Shown one piece after another: positions 14,215-25,886 of a stretch of 64,000 nt of DNA. The translations under genes and the position numbers were made by a program. The stretch spans positions 4,464,001-4,528,000 of the forward strand of contig JBLDXI010000001.1 in assembly GCA_047495785.1 (NCBI GenBank), read 5' to 3'. Below the pieces are notes generated by a model that was not told where the DNA came from, did not search any database, and saw only the letters and a program-made list of their open reading frames with translations. The DNA comes from Lepidodermella squamata (Eukaryota > Animalia > Gastrotricha). The first letter of the stretch is position 1. Each line of letters opens with the position of its first letter.

Positions 14215-15767
14215 TTGACTCGTAAATGTAAATGAGAGATTGTATCGATTATCCGGAGAAAAGCCTAGCTAATTTCTCGGGTCGTCTAACGTGTACTTCT
14301 CCCGGGGGAAAGAAGAGATGAGTGGCTTCGGCTAATAGCTTAATATCAAATATAGGCGTTCCTTGACTCGGCCACTAGCCTTGCTCACGTGTTCTCGATA
14401 GTGTTGTTGGGGCCCAAGTCAGAAACGTGCCCGAACGCGTTCGGGTATACCCGAGCCCGACTGGGTAATAGCGTTTTGCCTGTCCGCACTCCGGCCGTTT
14501 CAAATGCTGCCCGTATGCAGCGTTTACGTTAAATAGATGAAAATGAAGCAAATCCCGCATGAGTGGACACGGGTAAGAGCAGGTGTCAATGCGGTGAACA
14601 ATTACCGTAAGAGCTTGAGGTCTTATATTCTCAAAGCATTATAGAAGGCGGGTAGCAAACGGGACGTGCTATAAAAACGGGCATGCGACTTTATTATTTA
14701 ATCAAATCAGTTCTTAGGTGAAAATTTGTATAAAAATCAGTGAAACGCAAGTTTTGTAAAACACAGAATCGGAACAGTTTTTCGTCAAAATAATTGAAGT
14801 CGTTCTAATTCTTTTGGTTTTCTTCCTCGTCCTCCTCAATTATGATGAGGGCCGGGCCGCCGATCTTCAACTTTTCAACGAGGAGGGCGAGACGGGGGTC
14901 TCAGCCATTGCGGTTGAAATTCAAAATTTAAACTTTGTTAAAATTGGAGTTATTTTTAGATGCTGTCAGCTTGAATTAACTTCCTCATCCATGTTTCGCA
15001 ATTATCATGACGCCATCCATGACTATCGAACGCCTAATCTAATTTTCATCCCGTCATTGAATTATGGGTGGCTGTTGCGAGTATGGGGCTTTATATTGTC
15101 AAACAGTCGAAAAGGGGGGTTGCATGCTATAATAACGGTTGGGGTTCGTTCCTTCATTCGGAAAGTACGGTATTCTTCTCGATGCTTATGAACGACTTTT
15201 GGATGCGTGCAAATCCAATGCATTAAAGTTAGCAGGATTCCACCAGAATCGCGTATCATATACAGGCATTAAATTTTATGTTACGTATAGGTATTTACTA
15301 ACAAAGCACACTGATTCTCGTGATACAATCCATTTTCCTATCACCTGAGCAGGTGTAGCGGCAAAAATACAGGCAAGGATGCTCACCCGCGCAGGTAGAT
15401 GCGATGTCACGCGATTCTGCCAGTCGAAACAGGAATGTCCCAAAATTGACGCATCTGTTCTCCATAGAAAAAACTAAAGTAGCAGACATTCTGGCAGAAT
15501 GCCAACGGAAGGTATTATAAGTCGCGGTCTTTTATATTCTGCTGGAGTTCTTCTGATAATTCTTTGGCTTGATTCACCTCAATGCTTATAGAAAACAAAA
15601 TTTTATTATACTGGCTTTACCATTGCTATGCTGAATATTACTCGAAAAATACATTTGTCAGTGGAACAAATTGGGTTGATCCCACCTTAAGCTGATCATA
15701 TGAAACAATAAACGTTACTCAGCTGCTATAGACAAATGGCAAATAGGTATCTTTAGTGGTCCATATC

Positions 15768-16308
15768 CTAATCTAAGGTCGATTTGTTCGCATTGATGTT
15801 GGCAACTTCACTCTCAACGATAGCCATCATTGCAACGGAATACTTCTCCCACACGCTTTCGGTCAGCTGGCCTCCCAAAGCTCGTTTCATCGCAACCATC
15901 ATCGAATGGAAGCCTTTCTTATACTGGTCAATGTTCAAATTCCATTGCGTATGCTTCGGCATATTGATAAGTCGATGCATGGCGCCCTTGAGCGCAACGG
16001 GGTCGTCGAGAACAGCCATAATCTTGACGATAGCCGCACCTGTTTTTGCGCCTTGGATATCTCGAATGTATTCGTTGTTGGGAAACTCTGACGTTGGGAC
16101 GCCTTCCACTCTTGGAAACATGTGACGATAATCTGGATTTTCGTCCAACAATCTTTCGAGGGAAATCAGAAACTTATCGAATAATAAGTATGAGCGATAG
16201 ATACGCTTACACTTGATAGAAGGTGACCATGTTCTCTTTGAGATGCTCCTTGAAAATCGCGAAATTAGCGCGCAGAGCTGCAAAATCTTCAGTGGAAAGC
16301 GATTCCAT
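15768..16308 (-). CDS. Globin, 160 aa
   Basis: Exon 1 is 16308-16211 (MESLSTEDF..VTFYQ), followed by a 58-nt phase-2 intron and exon 2 at 16152-15768 (LLDENPDYRHMF with CD1 Phe, E helix QGAK, proximal His in MPKH, H helix WEKY). Confidence 0.9.
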
Positions 16309-17058
16309 GGTCGTAATAGCTTGATAACGAATTGGTCTTGGAACACAAAATAAATGTTAGCAAGAGTGCACAAGTCGCAACGCTGATGTTCGAAGCTGCA
16401 TTTATAATTGATGTTTATCCAGGGCACGACGCTACTCAACCTCGTGGTGTGTGCACGGTGCTAATCTTGTTCTTGGGAAACAATGGAGATTCTGAAACTT
16501 CTTACAGCTTACAGCGCGATCTTGTAGTTAATTGAAAAGCGTTGAAAGGATTTTTTGCCGCAATTATTTACACAAAGAAAAACAAGTGGAGATTTTGTCA
16601 TGAAAAAATCGTCCATATTCATATCATCCATTTTCGGACGCAATAGAGTTCTCGCTAGAACAATTTTATTCATTCATTCGGTGCACAGCATTAGAAGGCA
16701 AATAGACGATGTATTATAATGGGCTTGTCAACTCCAAGCCTTCGACAACCCCCAAACTGTTTATGAGACCTCATGCACGACCTCGGGACCTCAGAAAATG
16801 CCGAATTTTGTAGCTTATCGGGGGCAACCGATTTTCGATTTTCTCTCGCTGGCCTCAGCGAACATTAGCTTTCGCTATTTGGTAGGATTCTGATTCAGGG
16901 CTAATAGTTGAAAGGGCTTGGATATTTGTGAAGATGACTCATGGTCTTAAGATTTATTATTATTTGCCACAATAAAAAATAGGCTTTTAATAAAAAAAAC
17001 GTAACAGTTCAATGTGGAAATTAGTTTATTTGAGAATTCTCTATACAGCTTACATGAC

Positions 17059-17859
17059 TCATTCCGAGTCGTCTCTAACAACAGCAGAACAATACGATTC
17101 GTTGCGGCAAATAAATCTCGCGGCATCGTAAAGTTCGAAACCAAGTCGTCGAAAGCTTTCTTGACACAACGAAATTTCATTGAGCGTAGCAAACTTCATG
17201 AATCCCCCGAACGCTTGTAGAGCTTTCTTGTTCCATCCAATGCAGGATTTCTTGAATCTTGAAAACAACCATTGAGGCATAGTGTCCATCCATTCGTTAG
17301 TCATTTTGACGGGCTGTAAGTCACAAAGCAGATTCGCTCGGCATGCATTGATGGCCAACGCGTTACTCCTCGCCAGTTTTTGCGACCAAAAATGCTCGCA
17401 GGCCGCACAGGTTTTTGACGCGGATTGGTCCAAAGCTGATATCCAACGATTAATCCAAGTCGTTACGTTGCACATCGCAAGACAAACTCGATCAGAAAAA
17501 GCTGCGATTGTGCTTTGAGCAACTGAGCAAAATTTCTGATCGGTTTGCAATATCTGTGGCCGCATCACCAAGTCGCAGCCTAGTTTAACGAAATCGCCCG
17601 ATGTAGCCATCAAGTGTGAGTTTGTATCACTCAGCCAAAGGCGAAGATTTAAATCGATGCTGTGGCCAGTTGCATTGCTCCACTCTACTCGGAAACACTC
17701 CGTTGAAATTTCAGACGCGGCGGCACATGCAGAGGATACAGTGGTAGCCAAAATGTCGAAATTTGGTGACATTACTTTCCGACAAGCGTCTAAACACGTC
17801 ATGTCCGCACCTATTTTTCCGAACAGTGCGATAAAAGCTACCAACAACTGTGAAAGCAT
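17059..17859 (-). CDS. Secreted Cys-rich, saposin-like protein (266 aa, intronless)
   Basis: The ATG at 17859 gives the signal peptide MLSQLLVAFIALFGKIGA. Helical Cys spacing includes CLDAC, CAAC and a terminal ICRNESYC resembling the saposin-B IC...C end. The family call is tentative. Confidence 0.55.
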   Translation of the reverse strand: MLSQLLVAFIALFGKIGADMTCLDACRKVMSPNFDILATTVSSACAAASEISTECFRVEWSNATGHSIDLNLRLWLSDTNSHLMATSGDFVKLGCDLVMRPQILQTDQKFCSVAQSTIAAFSDRVCLAMCNVTTWINRWISALDQSASKTCAACEHFWSQKLARSNALAINACRANLLCDLQPVKMTNEWMDTMPQWLFSRFKKSCIGWNKKALQAFGGFMKFATLNEISLCQESFRRLGFELYDAARFICRNESYCSAVVRDDSE

Positions 17860-18557
17860 AATTTTGCGAAATTCTAATAGTGATATAAAGGCGAGAGAAT
17901 GCCAATGGTACCGAGGCTCAATGCCACTGGAGTTGAATGGAATGAGAAGAAGGTGTATAGGGTATTCAAGAGTCATTAGTATCTGCTCGAATCGTAAACA
18001 TATCATGCCATCCATTGATAAAAGGATTGTTTTGACACTCTGGGGCATCTGTGATGAGCGATAAAAAATATGTACCAGAGATTTCGAAATACATGTATAT
18101 TCTCAATGCCACGGCGTTGTTTCTTTCGGAGAGTCCAGGAGTACCGACGTCAAAACAAAGCAATCTAAAGGGAATTTGGGAGTTGGGAGTTGGGAATTTG
18201 GGGAATGTTGGCAATGATTCAATATGTGACCCTTCAAGACTTGGGAAGCACTTTTAGACGGCGTCGGTGCCGTTGACGTCTTAGATATGAAACATCTTAG
18301 ATTTGCTTCTGTAGTTACGGATTCAACGGTTTAGCGGGTGATTCTGTCTGTCAGTGGGACCAGTTTTCATATGGTACAAAGGTGTTAGACATTGTTACGA
18401 TTTAAATTCAAAGGTGTAAAATGTAAAATTAAAAATGATGTTATATAAAATTAGTGAAATATATTTGCTTAGGATTAGAATTGTATGCTTGGATGACATA
18501 TTTTCAATAATTGTTAGCAGTGCTGTAAGTCTTCCAGTAGCCAGTCAGTCTTTAACT

Positions 18558-21500
18558 TCACTCGCAACAAGTCTGGATTTGAAGTTGAATTTCGGTCACT
18601 CTCCTATCCCCGCTTGTCGATGTGTTTTGTGTTTGTCCGAAACTATTTCCCAGCGTGGTTAGATTCGACAACAAGTGCCGTTCCTTATTAAGTCTCGTCA
18701 TTGGGCCAGGCTGAAATCGCGAGCACCGAACTCGCAATTCCATTACAGTGAGACCAACCACAATGTAAGCAAACGCTAGAGCGACCCCTGAGACCGCAAC
18801 CATCAAGTGATGCTCATTGGTTACATAGATGACCGTCAAAAGCAGACACCCAGCCAAGAGTGTGGTCATTTCACAGAAAATTACTATGCCAGTAACGGAG
18901 TAACTATGTGATCTCTCCATCTTTTTGGCAATCTATGAATGAGATCAATTCGAAAATTATTAATTATATATAACGAATTCTTACCCTGATAGCACTCTGC
19001 TGCGATGCAATAGAGCCAGCGATCATCACGCATTGCAGGAGGCAAAGTTCGATGAATGATAGCAGAGCCGAACTATCTGATAGATCGATTTTACAATAGA
19101 ACTTGATTTCAACGTTCATGACATCAGGGTCTTTTTCTGATGGGCGCTGTCCAGTTTGCAATTCCAAGTACTCAATAAGCGGCAAGATGCCTCCGAGAAG
19201 AGGAAGGTTGATGAACAGCCAGAAGCAGCTTTTTCCGAGCTGTTTCAAAGAATGAGTCTCTTTCAGCCGATGCCTTTTCTCAAGCCTGAAAGCTGTGAGA
19301 ATCGCCTCCATTTTTGAATAATTGCCGGCGAATACCGCGCATAATCCCGCGAAAATAAGGACACCATAAGCTTGGCATGTGGATATTGTGTCAGAATCGA
19401 TTGAGAATGGTAGCACGAAGACCTGAAGGAGTAACAAAGAAGCTCCTATTAAGGTAGATCGACTTTGCTTGATGATCGAACACGGCATTACTGCCGAATC
19501 GCATTCTTTCGGGAGAATCAATCGAACAGTGATTCTTGAAGGGAAAACCAGAATCAATGATATTACGAGTCCAATCGCTCCGATTCCTTTGTGGTTTAGT
19601 AAAATTTGAGAGTAAGAAAGTTAAGTAAGCACTGGACACATTAAATTGAACAATTGCAGGAAATATCTTTGACTATGAGAAAAAATGAGGGGTCTTTACC
19701 GAATATTCCCCGATTATTAAAAAATTGAACCCTCAATTCCCCCGCAAGTAAATGCCTCAATCTCTCACCTGCTAGAGCTCCGTAGGTTTCGATCGATACT
19801 AGAGCAGTTACCATGCTGACCTGAGAGAATGAATCAGCGAATTTCCTACCCGTCGGAGTTCGCCATTTGATTGCCCCTGATATAGCAAACAACGGCCCTT
19901 CTTTTGAAGATTTGTTCCGCAATAGATCATAAACAGCGATGTCCGTCAAAATCAAAGTATCTCGAGAAAACTCATCAAACTGATATTGAGCGATTGTTGC
20001 AGGGTTGAAACCAAGTGTGTTGCGACCAGTATCACGGCTGAATCGATAAATGCCTCTTTGACCAATTATCGTGGGCAATGAATACAAAGCATCTCGCATT
20101 AACTCAGCGTAAACTTGAGATTCGCTGAGAAATCGGTCAGAAGCCACCGTCCAGTCAGATATTGTTTCATTTCTAGTTTCACTGAGGATTCTTTCGAACG
20201 CATCAAGCCAATAACCGAGAAAAATCGTTTGGTCGTAGATGTTAGTGGCCCAGATTTGCAGGTAGTCAAAATCATCGATTTTTTCCTTCAGGGCAGACTC
20301 GTATGCTGGGTAATCTAAACCCGTTGAATCAGTAGAGTTCTCGTCCAAATCTGACAGTGACACGTCTCCATAGAAAAACACGTTTTGAACGATCTCATGC
20401 AGCATTTCGCACGTGCACCACGAACTGATAGATTCTGATATGGCACAACTTTGCGGAGGCAACTCGCTTGCACCAATACGGCTAAAGAGAAATGCATAAT
20501 TAGGCACATACGCCCCGAATTTGTGCAGGAAACACAGCGGAACTTCTGGAGTATCGGTATGCAGCAATATGATCCGAACGCCTCTGTTGAGAATTTCCTC
20601 GACAGCACTTGAAACATCATCCGGCTCGCCTACTTTAACCTTGTTGAGCGACACAAGGCTGATCTGTCGCCTTTCTAACAAATCTACAACGATATCATCC
20701 ATGCCATTGTAGTAACTGTTCCAGTCGGATATTATTGCCACTTTACGCCAGCCATTCATCCACATAAAGTCGACAGCTGCAGCTGGAGCCATTGCTGGAG
20801 ACGCACCCATTGGGAAAAAAGCTGAGTGGACTTTCTGATTATCAACCACCAATTTGTTGACAGCGAACGACTCGAGCTAGTTTAAAGTAAAGGCATGTAA
20901 CAGTACAACAAAACCTATTCAGTACATACCGCGACCATGTTAAGCGATTTTGCTGTTAGAGAAAATATATATTGACTGAAATCAGGACAGACCGGTACGA
21001 GAATGAAAGGAAGTCGATGAATGTTGCCTTCATCGTCATGCGTGAAATTTCCGATGACTGGAGGAATGGCATAATAGTCTTCGCACTGCAAAAGATATCC
21101 CATATTGAAAAAGTAACTTAAGGAATCAATAACGTTAGGAATCAATAATAAGATGTGATATGAGCAATCTTCAATATATTGTATATTGGATTTAGCTATT
21201 GGTAACAGCGACCAACGCTCCTATGTATAATCGGATCGGTCCAGTTTCAAACAAATGAGGTACCACCAGAATGAATAGCGAGATTTTTCAAAAATAAAAC
21301 TATTCTTCCGTCTGAAGTTTGAAAAAGAAACGAAATTAATGCTATCAGATTGGGCCAAAAAGCGCACCCATGCTCATTACTGCGAAAAACTTATTTTTGT
21401 ATTAAGATTGACAGCATGCAATTTGGGATTCTTGTTCTCCTCGAGTCTTGTATGGGTACAGTAAATCTTACGCTGTCGTCGATCATTTCAAAAACGAGTT

Positions 21501-21825
21501 GGTAGTTCTGCATTAGTTTCAAGCCAGACAAGGTCAAACGATCGAGAGCCAATTGGATCGAGCGAGTCGACGAAATGCCCATGGGAAGTGAATTTCCGTA
21601 ACTGACAGGCGTCAGAATTGTAATAATTGGTAGATCACTGGTGGTGTTATCGAAAAAGGATGAAGACGCGACATAACGTGTCATATTATCAGCGAATGTA
21701 GAATGGCCTTTGATAAAGGACTCATCAACAAACTGACGGAAATCCTTCACTGTCATGCCAGCTTCAGCCTGACGCAGCATAACAATATGAGATACGATAA
21801 GAAGAACAGCAGTCATTTTAGGCAT
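18558..21825 (-). CDS. GABA-B-like class C GPCR paralog 3
   Basis: Exons 21825-21472, 21085-20930, 20876-19769, 19586-18985, 18932-18558. Closest to paralog 2 (shared YLQIWATN.YDQT.FLGYWLDAFE and ETISDWTVASDRF). Confidence 0.85.
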
Positions 21826-22893
21826 TCACAAAGTGAAAATTATGTCAACTTTGAGCACAATTGTGTGTGCCGTCAATCAAGGCTCTGTAAGCATCTGGCT
21901 AATTGCAAGAATCCGCCTGTCTGATACCTGATATGCATACACCTAATATACCCGACATGAGCCACGTCGATGTTATTCACAGCGCGAGGGTATCACATTT
22001 CCATATTTCTACCTTCAGGTTTCCAAATAACATAAGATAAGGTTACCTGATCAAAGTGTAAACCGAAAACATTTGGATCCGAAGAACCTTATCATACCTA
22101 ATCATAGGCAATCTCGCGAAAAGATGGATCGTAACACGAACGCACATTAGGAGCGCTTTGTCTAACAAGACTCGCTTACCCCGAGAGGGAATGGGCAAAG
22201 GGCTGCGTACCCATATGCATTAATAAAGTCAATATGAAAGTCAAAAATCCACCTGAACAAATTCGGAGCGTCGCTGATGATTTTTTGATAAGGTCATGAA
22301 GACTTCCTTTACTGCTTGATGAATCATCTTTTTCAAAACCAGGCATGCCTGATGTTCATTTTCTGTGATGTTACAGCCTGGTGATGTCGTTTGCCCTGCT
22401 AATGTGCAGTTTCGCTCATCAGGTTCGATGACCATTAATCGAATCGAATCTTATGGCGCTGATTCCCCTGATTTGACTTGATACTCAACCGCCTGCCATT
22501 GTTGTTTCAGAACGGGTCAATGTGACATCAAGCATCAATGCAACTGTAGCTGTAGCATCAATGCAACCGACAGTCTCGACTCTGATTCATTGCAATATGA
22601 ACACCACTTCGCTGAGATAGTAATATTGCCGCTTTTCACTATCCCTTCTTCACCTCGGAATTTCCTTCGATGCCGTCCAACAATTTCGAAATTGTATCGC
22701 TCGTTTGGTTTAAGAGAAGGTATAAAAACGCGGTTAATTCTGCATTCATCGAAATGGCGAAAAACTTCCAAGTTAATTCTGGAAAAATAAAAAATAAGAC
22801 TTTGTGAAAAAATCCGGCTCAATAAGTGCAAAGTTAAATAGTAAAATCAAGTAAAATTAAGTGATCGACTTAAGAGTTTGCACTCTCCGAAAG

Positions 22894-23721
22894 ATGGTAC
22901 CGCACAGTGCACGCATCCGCTTCAGCTTGGCAATGTGCCTGGCTGTGCTTGGCTATCAATTTCAACCTATATTCTCAATGCCAACAACCCGTTTAGCCGC
23001 AGAGCCGTTAATCCAGCAGCATATCAGTTTGATTAACGCGACTGGTGATCTCTCAGGATCAGGACACACGCTACCGGCAAACAACACGGACAGTCTTGAT
23101 TACGACTCGCTTGACACTCAACCTTATATTGAACCCATATCGTTATTTTTTGGTACGATAGCGTTTATAATCATGGCTGGTTTTGCCGTGAATGCCGGCA
23201 TTCAACTATACAAAAGCTACAAAGCTTCCGAATACGCCGCTATTAAACACAACGAAGACTTGTACAAGTTCAAGTTACAGCAGGATAATAATCGAGAGGC
23301 TCAGGAGTTGGCGCAGAAGACTGAAGCTCTGCGCGAGCGGCTGCGATTGGATAACTACGAAAAGGCCAGAGCAGATAGCCGTCAGCAAAGGTTGCGGGAG
23401 AAAATCAAGGCGGAATGGGGCAACAACCGGATCGAGTTGGACACTAGAGAAGTGGACAAATTCGAGGCCGAACTGGTTTACCGTGATCGGGTGAATTTCG
23501 AGAGTAAATATCACCAGGATGTTTCTGCCGGCGATGATTATGGTACAAGGGACGATCCGCCTGGTTTCGACCTGGCCTCAGTCGACAATAATAAGGGAAA
23601 TGGGGGTGACAATAACAGCGATGACGACGATGATGAAGGGGGTGCCGCAAACAGTTTTGTGGCTTCTTCGTCGCTTTACTGTGCGTCAATTCTGCTTGCC
23701 GCGATCTCGGCCAGGCTCTGA
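22894..23721 (+). CDS. Orphan secreted/membrane protein: signal peptide, hydrophobic helix, coiled coil, acidic linker, GPI-signal-like tail
   Basis: Single-exon ORF of 275 aa from the ATG at 22894 with coherent compositional segments. Confidence 0.7.
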   Translation: MVPHSARIRFSLAMCLAVLGYQFQPIFSMPTTRLAAEPLIQQHISLINATGDLSGSGHTLPANNTDSLDYDSLDTQPYIEPISLFFGTIAFIIMAGFAVNAGIQLYKSYKASEYAAIKHNEDLYKFKLQQDNNREAQELAQKTEALRERLRLDNYEKARADSRQQRLREKIKAEWGNNRIELDTREVDKFEAELVYRDRVNFESKYHQDVSAGDDYGTRDDPPGFDLASVDNNKGNGGDNNSDDDDDEGGAANSFVASSSLYCASILLAAISARL

Positions 23722-24040
23722 ACGAATCATTGTAAAAGTTGATTGCACACTCCGGTATGACTTGTATGGTTATCATAAAACGTTTTATTGTCATTAAAAA
23801 AGTAAACCTCAACTGATGAGTGCTTTGCAATCTTATATAATGCTGTGAACGATCCAATTTGTCGCCGGCGATGGATAGAGTTGATTTGTCAATAATTACC
23901 GTAAATTGGGGCAAAATGGGCGCGGGAAAAAAATTACCCCCTGTTTTTTTCGCATTTTTACACGTTTCAGAGGGTCCTGATTCCGATTTTATAGGAAGCT
24001 CATTTTGCCCCTGGTTTGGGGCAAATTGGACAGGTGTTTT

Positions 24041-24452
24041 GGGGCTAATTGGCCACCCTTATCCTTATAATGGGTTTTTAATATTTGATGATTGTGAGGG
24101 TTGAATGGTCGAGTGGTTGTGATGCGTCATCAGAACTTGAGTGATCTGATGAGCGACGGTTCGAATCCTCATAAAGTAGCATTTTTTTGCGCCGCAATAA
24201 ATTTTTTTAATTTTTTTGTTTTAATTGTTTATTTTAATAATTTTTAATTAGTTTCTCCGTTTTTTCTGAGAGTTTTACTGCTGAGCAACTTTTAAACGTC
24301 TCCCGAACAAAAAAATGCCCGGCATACGTGGTGTTAGTGGAATAATTAAAATGGAAAATTAACAAGAAAATTAAAAAATTAAGACCATTCAACCCTCACA
24401 ATCATCAAATATTAAAAACCCATTATAAGGATAAGGGTGGCCAATTAGCCCC
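24041..24452. repeat. Perfect 70-bp inverted repeat inside the MITE
   Basis: 24041-24110 is the reverse complement of 24383-24452. Confidence 0.9.
24096..24172 (+). other. tRNA-derived Pol III promoter cassette (degenerate tRNA / SINE-like head)
   Basis: A box TGGTCGAGTGG at 24106-24116 and B box GGTTCGAATCC at 24158-24168, separated by an 8-bp stem tcatcaga/tctgatga. The T stem and acceptor stem pair poorly. Confidence 0.6.
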
Positions 24453-25886
24453 CATCATTGAGTTTTCCATGGGGTAATTTGGCCACAATCACCTAGCCAT
24501 ACCTGTGCATCGCCTGGGGTCGCGGTTTTTTTTGCTGTCATCTACGACGAAAATGGTCGAAGGAAAAAAATTCATCTGAACATCAAACCTCGTGATTGGC
24601 TCCAGGTATTTCAATTTAGAGGGGTCATTTTTACCTCCCTAAACTCACCTCTGTGCAACAACATGTTGTGACCTCATTTCGGGACATACCTGGCTGAAAA
24701 TTTGCAGGCTTGTGGGAGGCTTGTTGATAATCGCCCCCGTAAATTTTTATAAAGTTTTACCTTGTAGTTTTTGAACTATCGATAAAAATGTGAAAACCTC
24801 AATTTCTGGCCAATTAGCCCCAAAGGTTCATTTTGCCCCAAATGACGGTACCGCCAAAAAGTGCGCGCTTGTAATATTTTCCAGAACTTTCTTTGGCAAT
24901 TGAAGAGAGCGTAGAGTAGACCGCTCTAACAGTGCTCAAATTTGGACAGGGTAGTGTGCCTAATTTCGGACGTCCGCAATTAGAGCTATCGCGCTGCTGA
25001 GTTTGCGGCGATTGAAAAAACCAAAATTTAACTGTTTAATTTTGTGACGCAACAATGGTTGATGAATCAAAACTGAAATATTGAAATATAAATTTTTATT
25101 TCTTCATGATGTTCATTCAAGCTATTGCTTCCAACTTTGAAATTCACCTGAAATCAAGATACTAATGATGCAAAATGATAGGTACAAAGGGGGTTACTTA
25201 ATTCAGGGATTCTCAAGCCGCGATTTTCCCGTCGCTTTTGCCTCGTTCTTTGCGGTTAGCAGAGGTCCGCATGTTTATCACTTGCATTTCGCGCGCGTTT
25301 TGACTTCAAGAAGTATTTGAATCTGAATATCTGAATATCGCAATTAGACCTTATACCTATACTTCATACCTCATAGTTAATATTTTATCGATTCATAATT
25401 CTAAAGCTTTTTTGGTAATTTTTCACTCGGCCGCTCGAATAAACATTCTAAATTTTTTACGAGCAGCGATTCGGCCGGAAAGGTTCCCGGTACCCGGCTG
25501 GCTGCAATTTTTGATAGTTAGCGAAAATAGGCAGAGGACAACTGTTCAAAGTGATCGGAATGAGCGGCGCTCAAGGTTAAATGATTCTTCAAATCGATGA
25601 TAATGCTATCCAAAGGTACGCTGGACACCTCATGGAAAAGCTAAAAACTATAATTCGCAGATTATTCACCCCAAATTAAATTATCAATAAATATCCGCAA
25701 CCTTAAAAATTTTGGCGGGATATAGGCTGTTTGAGCCTTCGTGGCTACGATTTCAAGGGCGATGATCGATAATCGAATCGAATCAAATCAAATCAAATCA
25801 GCACCCTTACAGAATGAACGGCATGCGAAATTCTGATAATTATAGGGATTGTCTGGATTACAGGGTTGTTATCGGGTTCAAATTTT

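Larger units (their letters stand above)
23899..24848. mobile_element. Non-autonomous TA-TSD DNA transposon (Tc1/mariner/pogo-type MITE), 950 bp
   Basis: TA|ccgtaaattggggcaaaatg ... cattttgccccaaatgacgg|TA terminal inverted repeats. Subterminal ttggggcaaa and ggccaattagcccc motifs are repeated. Confidence 0.8.

Noticed and set aside
16153-16439. N-terminal extension of the 223-aa globin ORF
   Set aside because: It is an out-of-frame read of exon 1 plus intron and UTR. The spliced model gives a proper A/B helix.
23131-23220. Captured retroviral env (EPISL resembles the gammaretroviral EPVSL fusion peptide)
   Set aside because: There is no upstream furin site, no CX6CC or immunosuppressive domain and no SU-sized region.
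24096-24172. Functional tRNA gene
   Set aside because: The acceptor and T stems do not pair and there is no standard 7-nt anticodon loop.
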